Source: a virus
Lineage: Duplodnaviria; Caudoviricetes
Length of the DNA stretch: 57,992 nucleotides
IMG/VR virus record: IMGVR_UViG_3300031754_000006
Span: 1-57,992 of that record
Strand: one strand, 5' to 3'
The notes under the pieces were generated by a model. That model made no database searches. It was not told the origin of the DNA and saw only the letters and a program-made list of their open reading frames with translations. Below are positions 26,675-36,193 of this stretch, piece by piece; positions within the stretch are counted from its first letter, which is position 1; the number at the start of each line of letters is the position of its first letter. The position numbers and the translations under genes were made by a program.

Positions 26675-26870
26675 CATGCGCCTATCTGAGACCAAGCCGG
26701 AAGACGATCCCGGGCTGGCCATGCCAAAGGGGCAGGAGCCCCACAAAACGGACGTTTGTGAGTGTACCGGCTTTAGGGATGAGCACTGCCTAGAAAAACC
26801 ACATCCGTGTCCTTGTGGCTGTAAGGCATTTAGATTTAGATCGAGATGGATAACCTTTGAAGGTGAGTGA
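26667..26870 (+). CDS. Cys/His-rich mini-protein, paralogue 5
   Basis: DVCECTGFRDEHCLEKPHPCPCGCKAF. Confidence 0.6.
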   Translation: MNNMRLSETKPEDDPGLAMPKGQEPHKTDVCECTGFRDEHCLEKPHPCPCGCKAFRFRSRWITFEGE

Positions 26871-26873
26871 ATT

Positions 26874-27200
26874 ATGACTAAAAAGTATATGACCGAAGCC
26901 GAGGCCCGAGAGAAGGGCAAGAGCCTTGCCGAGCGGTTCAAGAAGGCCGCTGCTGAGGCTGCTGCCGAGGGCGACGAAGACGTGGGCGATGTCCTGGCTG
27001 ACCTGGGAGAGCTGACTACAGCTGTGGTCGAGAAACGCATGCCGGGCAAGCTCAAGAGCACTCGCGTAGGCGTTATGTCCGTGAAAATGGAGGAAGGGGA
27101 GGCGGATACCGCGCACGACCCGAGCACCTGCCTCAAGTGCCAGAAGATGGCGGCTGAGCTGCTGAGCCCGGGTGGCATCCCGGCCATGGGTAAGGCATGA
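26874..27200 (+). CDS. hypothetical protein
   Basis: H-x4-C-x2-C near C-terminus. Confidence 0.6.
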   Translation: MTKKYMTEAEAREKGKSLAERFKKAAAEAAAEGDEDVGDVLADLGELTTAVVEKRMPGKLKSTRVGVMSVKMEEGEADTAHDPSTCLKCQKMAAELLSPGGIPAMGKA

Positions 27201-27745
27201 GTGACGAACAGGCAGCGGCATATGAGGACGACGAGCGGCCCGAGGTTAAGGGCCCGTGGCGCATCCAAAGCCTAGCCGATCTAGATTGGGCCCTGGAGCG
27301 GCTAGGCGCCTTGGAGGCTGAACGGGTAAGCGTCATCGCTCAAGGCGAGGCCGCCTGCAAACGCATCTGGGACCGGGCCGACGTTCTCACCGAACGACTC
27401 GGACGCGGGGCTGCATTCTTCGAGGCCAAGATCGAGGAGTACGCGCAAGGCAATAAAGATGCGCTCCTGGGCGGAGGCAAGCGCAAGAGTCGAGACGTTC
27501 TGTTTGGCCGCGTAGGTTGGCGGGAGCATCCGGGGCATATCCATGTGACCGACGAAGCAGCTTTAAAGAAATGGCTAGCCGCCCAAGAGAATGAATCTCT
27601 TTACCGGACAAAGATCGTCCCGAAGATGTTTGAGCTAAATCAGCTGTATGATGCAGACGGCACTATCCCTCCCGGCTGTGAATACAAGGCCGCCGAGGAC
27701 GTGTTTTACATAGATCCCAAGCCGCTTGAGGAGGAGCCGAAATGA
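27197..27745 (+). CDS. gam: Mu Gam-like host-nuclease inhibitor
   Basis: WRIQSLADLDWALERL, coiled coil, KSRDVLFGRVGWR; next to recombinase. Confidence 0.7.
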   Translation: MSDEQAAAYEDDERPEVKGPWRIQSLADLDWALERLGALEAERVSVIAQGEAACKRIWDRADVLTERLGRGAAFFEAKIEEYAQGNKDALLGGGKRKSRDVLFGRVGWREHPGHIHVTDEAALKKWLAAQENESLYRTKIVPKMFELNQLYDADGTIPPGCEYKAAEDVFYIDPKPLEEEPK

Positions 27746-28212
27746 CCCTTGAGCAGTTCATGGAGCGCGTCTCACCCGAGCCCAATACCGGCTGTTGGTT
27801 ATGGACTGCAGCCATGGCGGGGAACGGCTATCCAATGGCTTGGCATGATGGCAAAGTACGGCTTGCTACTAGGATTAGCCTGATGTTGCATGGGCGCGCC
27901 CCAAGGGATGCCAAGGAATGCGCAATGCACCGTTGCGATACACCCCTCTGTGTAAATCCGAGTCATCTGTTTCTTGGTACGCAGCTAGATAACATCCGCG
28001 ACATGGACGCAAAGGGGCGGCGGGGTTACGCGCATGTTTATGGCGAGCGCCAAGGACTGTCGAAACTCACCGAGGCTCAGGTGCGTGAGATCCGCGCTCT
28101 TAGTGCTGCGGGCTGGACGCAAATCGCTCTTGGGCTCAGATATGGCATAGATAATTCAACCGTTGCTCAGATCGTTCATCGCAGGACATGGCGTCACCTT
28201 CCATCGGAGTAA
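27742..28212 (+). CDS. HNH endonuclease with C-terminal HTH
   Basis: GCWLWT, HRCDTPLCVNPSHLFLGT..DN, KLTEAQVREIR. Confidence 0.9.
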   Translation: MTLEQFMERVSPEPNTGCWLWTAAMAGNGYPMAWHDGKVRLATRISLMLHGRAPRDAKECAMHRCDTPLCVNPSHLFLGTQLDNIRDMDAKGRRGYAHVYGERQGLSKLTEAQVREIRALSAAGWTQIALGLRYGIDNSTVAQIVHRRTWRHLPSE

Positions 28213-28216
28213 CCCA

Positions 28217-28966
28217 ATGAAGACTTCTGACTCTATGGGTAACATTTCCGCCGCACTCGCGAAGGCTCAGAACGGTTTCGCGGCTATCCCTAAGACTAAA
28301 ACGGCTACTATCCGCAGCGACAAGGGTAATTATGCATATGCATATGCCGACCTTGCCGATCTCATCGCTGCCATTACTCCGGAGTTGACCAAAAATGAGA
28401 TCGCTGCCGTTCAGTCCGTTAGCTCGGACGGTCCACGCGTGACCGTGATTACCCGGCTGGTGCACTCATCCGGGGAATGGCTGGAATCCGCGCCGTTCAG
28501 CGTCCAAGCCGATTCCGCCCGCCCCCAAGCCCTGGGCAGCGCCACGACCTACGCACGGCGGTATTCACTCGGGGCCCTCTTGAACGTGGCACCCGAAAGT
28601 GACGACGACGGACGGGCGGCCCAGATGAAGCAGGCTGCACGACCTCCAAAGGCCCCCGTAAGCCCTCCAGCTGCCCCTAGGAGCGCTCCGGACCCGCTCG
28701 AAGGCGTCCAGCCCTCACCTGCCCAGAAAAACGGCGCTAAGGCCCTCGTAGACGCTGCCGGTAATGCCGGCCCCATGGTCACAGGTGTAGCCCCTGCTGT
28801 CTTGGCCAAAAGGCTGGCACAGGGCCGCACTTCCGAGCAGCAGCTGGAATACTTGCAGGCCAAGATCGGCCGCACGGTCTCTAATCTTTTTAAGCTGACC
28901 GCCGAAGAGCGGGAGATCATCGCCCTGGCCCTGGATGAGGACGAAAATCCATTGCCTTTAGACTAA
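28217..28966 (+). CDS. erf: ERF-family single-strand annealing protein
   Basis: YAYADL, LVHSSGEW, PQALGSATTYARRYSL, DDDG. Confidence 0.9.
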   Translation: MKTSDSMGNISAALAKAQNGFAAIPKTKTATIRSDKGNYAYAYADLADLIAAITPELTKNEIAAVQSVSSDGPRVTVITRLVHSSGEWLESAPFSVQADSARPQALGSATTYARRYSLGALLNVAPESDDDGRAAQMKQAARPPKAPVSPPAAPRSAPDPLEGVQPSPAQKNGAKALVDAAGNAGPMVTGVAPAVLAKRLAQGRTSEQQLEYLQAKIGRTVSNLFKLTAEEREIIALALDEDENPLPLD

Positions 28967-28977
28967 CCGCGTGACGC

Positions 28978-29007
28978 TTGACGCGGGTACTGGCCGTGGA
29001 GTACAAC
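28978..29007 (+). promoter_or_regulatory. sigma70-like promoter
   Basis: TTGACG-N18-TACAAC; shares CGCTTGACGCG with the promoter at 21459. Confidence 0.45.
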
Positions 29008-29041
29008 GCTCGCGGTTTTAGGTTTTCCTGGGAGAAACCGA

Positions 29042-30229
29042 ATGAAGGTCCTACTGATCGCAAAGCCCCCCATGGGGGATAAGGTAGCCGATGCGCTGCG
29101 CGCCCTCGGAGTAGACCTCGACTACAAACGAGGCATCTCCGAGCATGCCATGGCGAGCGCGGTACGGCCTGGCGTTCAGTGGGTCTTGGCCATGAATACC
29201 GAAGGCCAGGGCGTGGCCATCAAGGAGCGCGCCCGAAAATGCCAGGCCCGCTTTGTCTCCATTCCTCCCAGCTGGACCTTCACCGAAAGAAAGCTGCAGG
29301 AAGAGCACTTCTTTGCTGCCTTGACCGTCGAGCACACGCGGCAAGAGCGGGACGCCAAGCTCATCGGCGGCCAGGGCAACGGGCTGACTTATCGCCCCTT
29401 CGAGAATCTGGCTGCGCCCGAGCCTGAGCCTTCTGAGGAATTCATCGAAGCTGCGGCGGACGAGTTGGAGAATGTCCCGGCAAAGGTTGAAACCATCGAA
29501 GTCACGGTCACTGACGTTTCGCCCCCGCAGCCAGTCCCACCCATTCCTCGGCCGGTCACTCCGCCGAGACTGCAGCACCCACCAATTGCAGTCCCCAAGG
29601 AGTCACCGAAGATGCCTGCACCCTCCACTGAAGGGCTTAGCCATGCTGAGTTACTGAAATCCCCTAACAAGCGCATCCGCGAAGGAGCCGAAAAGCGCCA
29701 ATTCCTGATCGCTCTCTTCGACGCCGTCCCGGGCTATCCCCCCAACGATGCCCAGAAGATGGTTGAGAAGCGATGGCATAGCGGGATCTCTGCCTCCGAG
29801 CTGTACTACATCCGCCGCCTTCGAGCCGAAATGGCTGGGGTTGAAGTCACTACCTACCCCACCAAGCAAGTAGCCAACCGGGGAACACCCTCCCTGAACG
29901 AACAGCATGAGCGCTCCATGAATCACGCCAAGCGCGCATCCGATGCCATTCCCCGGGGCTCTCTAGCTCACTTGGCCAATGGCTCGGTCAAGCCAACGAA
30001 GCCCTTCAAGATGCCCCCGCCGCCCTCGGCCGCTCCCGAGGAATCCGCCGAGCCCGAGACCGTCTTAGCCGACGGCGGTAGCCTGCCACCGGACGTCGAG
30101 GCGGCAGCCGAGTTGCTGGCCAAGGCCATGCGTGACGCCAACCTCCTGGGCTGGATCACCGTCAAGCCCGGAGAATACGAGGCGGAGATCCAGGTCATGC
30201 GTAAGCTGGCCATCAAGTCCAAGGTATGA
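29042..30229 (+). CDS. multidomain hypothetical protein with Pro-rich linkers
   Basis: 395 aa, GGGAG RBS. Confidence 0.65.
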   Translation: MKVLLIAKPPMGDKVADALRALGVDLDYKRGISEHAMASAVRPGVQWVLAMNTEGQGVAIKERARKCQARFVSIPPSWTFTERKLQEEHFFAALTVEHTRQERDAKLIGGQGNGLTYRPFENLAAPEPEPSEEFIEAAADELENVPAKVETIEVTVTDVSPPQPVPPIPRPVTPPRLQHPPIAVPKESPKMPAPSTEGLSHAELLKSPNKRIREGAEKRQFLIALFDAVPGYPPNDAQKMVEKRWHSGISASELYYIRRLRAEMAGVEVTTYPTKQVANRGTPSLNEQHERSMNHAKRASDAIPRGSLAHLANGSVKPTKPFKMPPPPSAAPEESAEPETVLADGGSLPPDVEAAAELLAKAMRDANLLGWITVKPGEYEAEIQVMRKLAIKSKV

Positions 30230-31818
30230 TCATGGCCCCTCAGTGCGCCATCAAGAAATGCCGCAAGCCCGCGCGGCGCAATAAAAAGGGTAACTATTGC
30301 TGGGACCACTACCACTCAGACGGATGGCTGCCGTGTGATGGTGCCGGCGATGATTGTCCAGTCCACAGAGATCCGATCGTTGTCCGACCTCGAAGCAACC
30401 AAAGGGAGCCCGTAATGACAGAAGAGCAGAAGTTGATCACTGAAATGCGACAGAAGTTGGAGCAGCAGAAGGCCATTATCGACCGCCTCACCGAGGTCCC
30501 GCAGCGCGTGGGCGTCGTCCTGCGCTCTCGTGAAGACTCCACGATGTTGGCCCTCGGCTCCGAGATCGTCCACTCCAAAGCCAAGCTTCCTAAGGACCTC
30601 GCCCCCGGCACCTTCTTCTCCGTTCCGCCCGAGACCGGCGGTATCGGCGACGAGATCGAGCCCATGGCCCTCGGCTCCGTTCAGGCCGTGACCAAAGTCC
30701 TGCCTGATGGCTTCCTGGAGATCGGCGAGGATTTCTCTTCGTCTGTCATCCTGGCCTCGCCGCGCATGGGCAAGGTGAAGGTGGGGGACCGCGTCGTCTG
30801 CGATCGAGGCAACTTTATCGCCGTCAAGAACCTTGGCCCGGCCACCAAGGGCTATTCTGTGCCCGAGGATGAAATCAGCATCACCTGGGCTGACGTCGGC
30901 GGCCTGGAGGAGGCCAAGCAACAGCTCCGCGAAGCAATCGAGCTGCCCGTGAAAAACCCCGAGCTGTTCAAGAAGTACAAGCAAGCTCCGATGAAGGGCG
31001 TGCTTCTGTACGGCCCCCCGGGCGTGGGTAAGACCCTGCTTGCCAAGGCGTCCGTCAATGCCCTGGCCAAGCTCCACGGCAAAGAAGCCATGGGCTCGGG
31101 CTTCATCTACGTCAAGGGTCCCGAGATCCTGTCCAAGTTTGTGGGCGAATCTGAGGCCACTATCCGGGGTCTCTTCCACCGCGCCCGCGAGCACTTCGAG
31201 CGGCATGCTTTCCCCGCTATCATCTTCATCGATGAGGCAGACGCTATCCTCGGCCGCCGTGGCATGGGCATTTCCTCGGATATCGATCGCACGATCGTGC
31301 CTCAATTCCTCTCCGAGATGGATGGCCTGGAGTCCAAGGGAGCGCCTATCATGCTCCTCTCCACCAACCGTCCCGATTCCCTCGATCCCGCTGTGGTCCG
31401 CGATGGCCGTATCGACCGCAAGATCGAGATCACCCGGCCCAAGCCGAAGGATGCCCTGGCCATCTTCAAGATCCATCTCAAGGGCCGCCCGGTGGCGGAA
31501 AGCGGTCTGCCCGAGCACGCCACGACCGAGTTTTTCTGCGATACCAAGGTCGTGGCCAAGGTCTCCTGTACCGACGGGAGCACGCACAACCTGAACCTGG
31601 CCCACATTATCAACGGCGCCATGATTGCAGGAACGGTCAACCGGGCCACCTCTCTTGCCATGCAGCGCGAACTAGACGGCGGAAAGGCAGCCGGGCTCTG
31701 CAAGGATGACCTTTCGCAGGCCATCAAGGAGGCCACACACCAGGCCAAGCGGCTGGACCTCGACGATGACGTGAAAGCCCTCGTCCAGGGCAGGGAAGTG
31801 GTGCAGATCGCAGCCTAA
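30226..31818 (+). CDS. ARC/Mpa/PAN-like proteasomal AAA+ ATPase (alternative start 30415)
   Basis: coiled coil, OB-like region, WADVGGL, ELP..PELF, GPPGVGKT, pore loop KFVGE, FIDEAD, TNRPD.LDPAVVRDGRIDRKI. Confidence 0.8.
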   Translation: MIMAPQCAIKKCRKPARRNKKGNYCWDHYHSDGWLPCDGAGDDCPVHRDPIVVRPRSNQREPVMTEEQKLITEMRQKLEQQKAIIDRLTEVPQRVGVVLRSREDSTMLALGSEIVHSKAKLPKDLAPGTFFSVPPETGGIGDEIEPMALGSVQAVTKVLPDGFLEIGEDFSSSVILASPRMGKVKVGDRVVCDRGNFIAVKNLGPATKGYSVPEDEISITWADVGGLEEAKQQLREAIELPVKNPELFKKYKQAPMKGVLLYGPPGVGKTLLAKASVNALAKLHGKEAMGSGFIYVKGPEILSKFVGESEATIRGLFHRAREHFERHAFPAIIFIDEADAILGRRGMGISSDIDRTIVPQFLSEMDGLESKGAPIMLLSTNRPDSLDPAVVRDGRIDRKIEITRPKPKDALAIFKIHLKGRPVAESGLPEHATTEFFCDTKVVAKVSCTDGSTHNLNLAHIINGAMIAGTVNRATSLAMQRELDGGKAAGLCKDDLSQAIKEATHQAKRLDLDDDVKALVQGREVVQIAA

Positions 31819-31826
31819 CGATTCAC

Positions 31827-31901
31827 GACCCATGTAGCTCAACGGTAAAGCCCAGCCCGCCTTCAAGCTGGAGACTGCGGGTTCAAGTCCCGCCGTGGGC
31901 C
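31827..31901 (+). tRNA. aberrant tRNA-like element (10-nt anticodon loop, possibly Glu-TTC derived)
   Basis: acceptor ACCCATG/CGTGGGC, TAGCTCAA.GGTA D-arm, CCAGC/GCTGG stem, GCGGG-TTCAAGT-CCCGC T-arm; no encoded CCA. Confidence 0.6.
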
Positions 31902-31940
31902 CTTCACACGCAACACGCGGCGCATTTAAGGAGGCACCAA

Positions 31941-32129
31941 ATGCAGGAGCAAAAGCCCAAGAAGAAGAAGATCGGCCCCATGGGAGAGAAGATCCCCGAG
32001 TTTAAGGAGGTCGAAGCTCCCCAGGTGGATGACGTGATCGAAAAGGCCAAGAAGGCAGAGGCGGAGGCCAAAGCTGAAAAGGAGAAGCAGAAGAGCAAGA
32101 CCGACGGCCTGTGGTGCGGCTTCTGTTAG
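31941..32129 (+). CDS. small charged protein, loosely Pup/UBact-like, ending CGFC
   Basis: AAGGAGG RBS; MQEQK start, VDDVIEKA helix; follows ARC-like ATPase. Confidence 0.55.
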   Translation: MQEQKPKKKKIGPMGEKIPEFKEVEAPQVDDVIEKAKKAEAEAKAEKEKQKSKTDGLWCGFC

Positions 32130-32133
32130 CCCA

Positions 32134-32433
32134 ATGGCCCACGACCTGTACACGCTGCTGATTCTGTCTATGGCTGGAGGGGTGATCACGGTCACGGTCA
32201 CCCGCTCCAGCCTATTCGAGCCCATTCGCTCTTGGGGAGCTGGGCGCAGTGAATTGCTAGGGGCCCTGCTCAGCTGCCCGTACTGTTTTGGGCATTGGGT
32301 GGGGCTGCTACTGGCTCCCCTCGATTCCATGGTCAATCTGTTGGGCTATTTTGTCTCGGCCCTGGCCATCACCTGGGGCTCCGTTATCTGCGGAGCCATT
32401 GTGTTTAATGCAGCCAAGCTGATGAAGGAGTGA
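32134..32433 (+). CDS. DUF1360-like membrane protein
   Basis: LLSCPYCFGHWV between TM helices. Confidence 0.65.
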   Translation: MAHDLYTLLILSMAGGVITVTVTRSSLFEPIRSWGAGRSELLGALLSCPYCFGHWVGLLLAPLDSMVNLLGYFVSALAITWGSVICGAIVFNAAKLMKE

Positions 32434-32436
32434 CCC

Positions 32437-32745
32437 GTGAAGACCAGCCAAGTCCCGGCCGTGCCGTGCCACGGATGCGGCAATGATAACGACATGGCCA
32501 GCCATGAGACCGCTACGCCTAAGCCCGGGGACCTGGCCCTCTGCTATTACTGCGGCAGTATTAGTAAGTATACCGATACCCTGGGCAAGGCGCCGTTGTC
32601 AGATAGAGAGCTGTTGCTGTTGCAGCCGGAAGAGCAAGCAGACTTGATGCTGCGCAAGGCCAGAATACGGAGCATGTGGAAGGCGCGCGGCTTCAAGGAC
32701 GGAGTAGGTAAACCCTCGAAGGAACCTAAGGATCCAAAAGCATGA
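32437..32745 (+). CDS. Zn-ribbon protein
   Basis: CHGCG...PKPGDLALCYYCG. Confidence 0.6.
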   Translation: MKTSQVPAVPCHGCGNDNDMASHETATPKPGDLALCYYCGSISKYTDTLGKAPLSDRELLLLQPEEQADLMLRKARIRSMWKARGFKDGVGKPSKEPKDPKA

Positions 32746-33104
32746 GAGCTGCAGCCGTGAAGGGCACCAAGTCGTGTCGGCCGTATGGTGATGGTAGCGG
32801 CCCGTATCAAATCGCGTGGGACGGAGAGCGATGGCTCTGCAGCACTAAAGGCTGCGGCGCGTCCGCTATCGCGCACTCAAGTTTAACCAACCCAGATAAT
32901 TGGGGGGGCTACGCATGTACTACACACCGGCACAACAGTAAGGCCCCAATCACCATCCCACTCCAGCCACCTGACCCGCTCAAGGACCACACAAAGGCCA
33001 CCGAAACGGCCGCCGTAGGCGTGCGCACGGATACGAGTTGTTACGTCTGTGGGCGCGGGCATGGCGGGGGCCGCTGCCCTTATGCCAAGGGACGCTTTAA
33101 GTGA
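32742..33104 (+). CDS. Cys-rich hypothetical protein
   Basis: C-terminal CYVCGRGH..C knuckle. Confidence 0.5.
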   Translation: MRAAAVKGTKSCRPYGDGSGPYQIAWDGERWLCSTKGCGASAIAHSSLTNPDNWGGYACTTHRHNSKAPITIPLQPPDPLKDHTKATETAAVGVRTDTSCYVCGRGHGGGRCPYAKGRFK

Positions 33105-33562
33105 AACTCTCGGCAGCCATGGCCCGCCGGCTTGAAAAAGACCTCATCCGGCGGGGCTGTGCTGACCTAGCCGACAAGTATTTGACGCAGCGGCGCAGCG
33201 CTAAGCCCAAGAGCAAGCGACCGAGCCAGATCGCCAAGGCTGTCAAGGAGGCCACGAAGAGAGCTAAATGGCGCGACATCCGCAGCCTGGTGATTGCGCG
33301 TGTCCACAGAGAGCGGCAAGGGCTTTGCGAATTCCTGTGCGGTCAACCAGCGGATGACCCGCACCATATAATTAGTGGATCTGGCAAGAAGCGCCTTTTT
33401 GAAGCACCGGAAACAGTGGCTGGAATTTGTCGGCTTTGCCATCGTGCCTATGAAAAGGCCGACATTGAAACACTAGAGCGCGCCGCATTATGGGCCTCAT
33501 CACATGGGTTTGGGGCCGCGTTAAAGGAAATTCGCTATAGACTATCAAGGGGCGCGCGATGA
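33101..33562 (+). CDS. HNH-like nuclease
   Basis: CEFLCG, DPHHI, CRLCH. Confidence 0.65.
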   Translation: MKLSAAMARRLEKDLIRRGCADLADKYLTQRRSAKPKSKRPSQIAKAVKEATKRAKWRDIRSLVIARVHRERQGLCEFLCGQPADDPHHIISGSGKKRLFEAPETVAGICRLCHRAYEKADIETLERAALWASSHGFGAALKEIRYRLSRGAR

Positions 33563-34140
33563 TTACTGCTGCCGATCTTTATCCGGTCAAGCGCTCAAGG
33601 ATGGGCCCGGCACCACAAAGCCTGGCAGACCGCTTTTGGCGTCATGTCTCACCAGAGCCTAATACGGGTTGCTGGCTATGGACAGGAGTGGTTGACAGAA
33701 AAGGATATGGCTGGACGACATGCATTAGTGCTGCTGCCCCCAACAGAAGAAAACGAAAGCGGGCGACCGCTACGCATGTATCGTTATTGCTGCATGGCAT
33801 AGAAATTCCGTCTAGAATGATGGCCTGTCATCATTGCGATAATCCATCCTGCGTAAATCCAGCCCACCTATTCGTGGGGACTCAGGCCGACAACCTGAGG
33901 GATGCTGCTCGCAAAGGCCGCATGTCCCCACAGACCCATCCGGAGCGATATCGTGTACCACATCCTACCGCACGTGGTCCACGAGTAAGTCCAAGGCCAT
34001 GCAAAACATGTCAACAGCCTACACGGTTAATGCACGGTGGCGAATGCCATGCATGTCATCAGTATCGATGGAATAATGGTATAGCTAGGCCAGCGGCTCT
34101 TATAGCAAGATATCTGGCCATGCAAAGGGAGAAACCATGA
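33559..34140 (+). CDS. HNH endonuclease
   Basis: [34 protein letters not shown]. Confidence 0.9.
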   Translation: MITAADLYPVKRSRMGPAPQSLADRFWRHVSPEPNTGCWLWTGVVDRKGYGWTTCISAAAPNRRKRKRATATHVSLLLHGIEIPSRMMACHHCDNPSCVNPAHLFVGTQADNLRDAARKGRMSPQTHPERYRVPHPTARGPRVSPRPCKTCQQPTRLMHGGECHACHQYRWNNGIARPAALIARYLAMQREKP

Positions 34141-34388
34141 GCAGCCAGAAGAAGTATCAACCCACCCCCGTACAGGCGGGCTCGGTTATCAGCGAGGCGA
34201 CCGACCGTCAAAAGGCTAGGTCTATCGTCCTGGACATTTTCCTAGACTCCACAAACAGCCTCATGCTGAAAATGGCGGCGGATATCGAGGCAGAAAAGGA
34301 TCCAGAGATGGTCCACTGCCTTGTGCTCGTCATGAATGAGGTGGAGAAGCTGCGCACCCAAATCGCAGCCCTGGGGGATGCATCATGA
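34137..34388 (+). CDS. hypothetical protein
   Basis: ATGA-coupled ORF. Confidence 0.55.
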   Translation: MSSQKKYQPTPVQAGSVISEATDRQKARSIVLDIFLDSTNSLMLKMAADIEAEKDPEMVHCLVLVMNEVEKLRTQIAALGDAS

Positions 34389-35134
34389 GCCACACGCCCG
34401 AACAGTTAGCTGACCTCCTGGTCATGATCGAAGCTGCGGCCCCAGTGGAGGGCAGCTATGAACGGCTGGCCCTGGACCGCAAGGAATGCCTAATGCTCGG
34501 AGAGGCCATCCAAAGCCTTCGGCAAGACGCCATCGCAGCTGGGGGCCAGGTACAGGAGGCCCACGAAGCGTTATCCCGCATGGAGGCGCAGCTCGCGGCC
34601 GAGCGGCAGAGGGCGAAGGAGCTGGAGGCGTCCTGCGACATCTGGGAACGCGGGTGTCACGAGCGCCGGGTGGAGCGCGACCAGGCCCTGGAGCGCGCCA
34701 ATGCCGCCGAGGCCCAGGTGCGCGAGCTGCAGGAGGATCTGGAGGGCCGCCAGCTGGAGCGCAACGCTATCGAAGCTGCACTCGACGGAGAGGTCGACAC
34801 TTCGCTTGAGCCACATAACCCCCTCGTGCGCCGAATCAGGGACCTGGCGATCTGCTACCGGGAAACGGCCGCCGCCCTCCATGGAGATCCCTCGGCCGCC
34901 CCGCCGCCAACCCCTCCGATGACCGACGCTCAGCGCGTGGTCCTGCTCGGCGAGCTGGACAAGTACCGTGCCGGCGTCCTGGAGGAAGCAGCGCGGCTGG
35001 CTGACGTGGCGTTGGTCGGATGCTGCGCGGACCGGCCCGAGGGACTCTGTTACTGCTGCGCGAACGCCAAGAGGCTTGCCGATGGCATCCGCGCTCTGGC
35101 CAACCGTTCCACGGAGGCACGCTGCGATGGCTGA
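34385..35134 (+). CDS. coiled-coil protein
   Basis: heptad-rich 249 aa ORF. Confidence 0.6.
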   Translation: MSHTPEQLADLLVMIEAAAPVEGSYERLALDRKECLMLGEAIQSLRQDAIAAGGQVQEAHEALSRMEAQLAAERQRAKELEASCDIWERGCHERRVERDQALERANAAEAQVRELQEDLEGRQLERNAIEAALDGEVDTSLEPHNPLVRRIRDLAICYRETAAALHGDPSAAPPPTPPMTDAQRVVLLGELDKYRAGVLEEAARLADVALVGCCADRPEGLCYCCANAKRLADGIRALANRSTEARCDG

Positions 35135-35732
35135 TCCCGAATTCGAGCAGGCTCGCGCTGCACTGCGAGACCTTGACCGGCTCATGACCGTGGGCAGGGA
35201 AGAGGAAGCGGTCCTCCAGTTCATGGCGATAGTTTCGGCCGGGAAGCCGGACCCGCGAGAGGACATCGCGCGCATCCTGGATGACGTAGGGCACAGGGCC
35301 GCAGCGGCCATCGTTCGGGCCCTGGTGTCCTCTGCCGACCTGGAGGCCGCCCCGCCCCCGGGTGCGCCAGCCCCCCAGGAGACGCGGCCGGCCCAAGCCC
35401 ACTGCCATGGCTGCTTGGACACTCGGGACGTTCCCGGCGGCTGCCAAGGCGTGCCGACGACGATCCTCCTCAGCGAACTGCGCCCGGCCGCCTCCCCGGA
35501 TGCGCCAGCGACGCGTGAGCTGAGCCCGGATGAGTGCGACCCTGAAATCTATCGCGATGGAACGGCCGCCGCGATCCTGCCGATCGACAAGGAGACGGCT
35601 CAATACCTCTGCCGAGAACTGAACGCCTCTACTGGCTGGCGGTGGGATTGGAATTTTGCGGCCGGACGTGTTGTGTTGCGATTCCTACGCCCGGCCCCCT
35701 CCGCCTCTACGGCCCAGGAGCGCGAGTCATGA
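35127..35732 (+). CDS. hypothetical protein
   Basis: ATG 35127 with GGAGG. Confidence 0.5.
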   Translation: MADPEFEQARAALRDLDRLMTVGREEEAVLQFMAIVSAGKPDPREDIARILDDVGHRAAAAIVRALVSSADLEAAPPPGAPAPQETRPAQAHCHGCLDTRDVPGGCQGVPTTILLSELRPAASPDAPATRELSPDECDPEIYRDGTAAAILPIDKETAQYLCRELNASTGWRWDWNFAAGRVVLRFLRPAPSASTAQERES

Positions 35733-36193
35733 GCGCTAAGCCAATGTACATCGCCCTGAGGGATCTGATGACCGCCTACGAGCGGATCGTCCGATCGAAC
35801 TGCACCACCCCGGAACAGCTCGAAGCGAAGCCCTGGCGATGCGCCGAGTATGTGCAGGCGGAGGACTCGATCCGCGAGTGGTGGCTGCGCCGCGCCGACT
35901 CCGAGCCCGATTTCGATTCCTGCCTGAACTGCGGGCGGATCGTCCTCGCCGGCAAGTGCTGCGATGCGCCGCGCTTCCCCGCCCCCCGCCCCTCGGGAGA
36001 GACGGCCGAGCCCACGCGCGAGCTGGACCGAGAAAACGGAACCGGCTGCTTCCGATGCGGCTGCCCGATCGTTTGGCCGTGGGCTGTGCCTGGCCACCCC
36101 GACGCGAGGTTCTGCGGCGTGGGGTGCCATGACGCATTCACCCGCGCCGCCGCGCCCGCCGGGCCTTCGGGAGGGGAGGCGAGAAAGCAATGA
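35729..36193 (+). CDS. Cys-rich hypothetical protein
   Basis: CLNCG, CFRCG..FCGVGC; ATGA overlap. Confidence 0.5.
   Translation: MSAKPMYIALRDLMTAYERIVRSNCTTPEQLEAKPWRCAEYVQAEDSIREWWLRRADSEPDFDSCLNCGRIVLAGKCCDAPRFPAPRPSGETAEPTRELDRENGTGCFRCGCPIVWPWAVPGHPDARFCGVGCHDAFTRAAAPAGPSGGEARKQ

Noticed and set aside
30316-31605. 429-aa antisense ORF and similar long shadow ORFs (3290-4186, 7897-8772, 49381-50202)
   Set aside because: Expected antisense open frames of GC-rich genes; no motifs.
31857-31867. TCA in the tRNA-like loop as an opal suppressor or sign of recoding
   Set aside because: No stem supports a 7-nt loop centred on TCA, and TGA acts as a normal stop in many ATGA overlaps.
27742-34140. 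Two HNH genes sharing [13 protein letters not shown] as intron or intein markers
   Set aside because: Both are free-standing between intact genes; ordinary phage HNH endonucleases.
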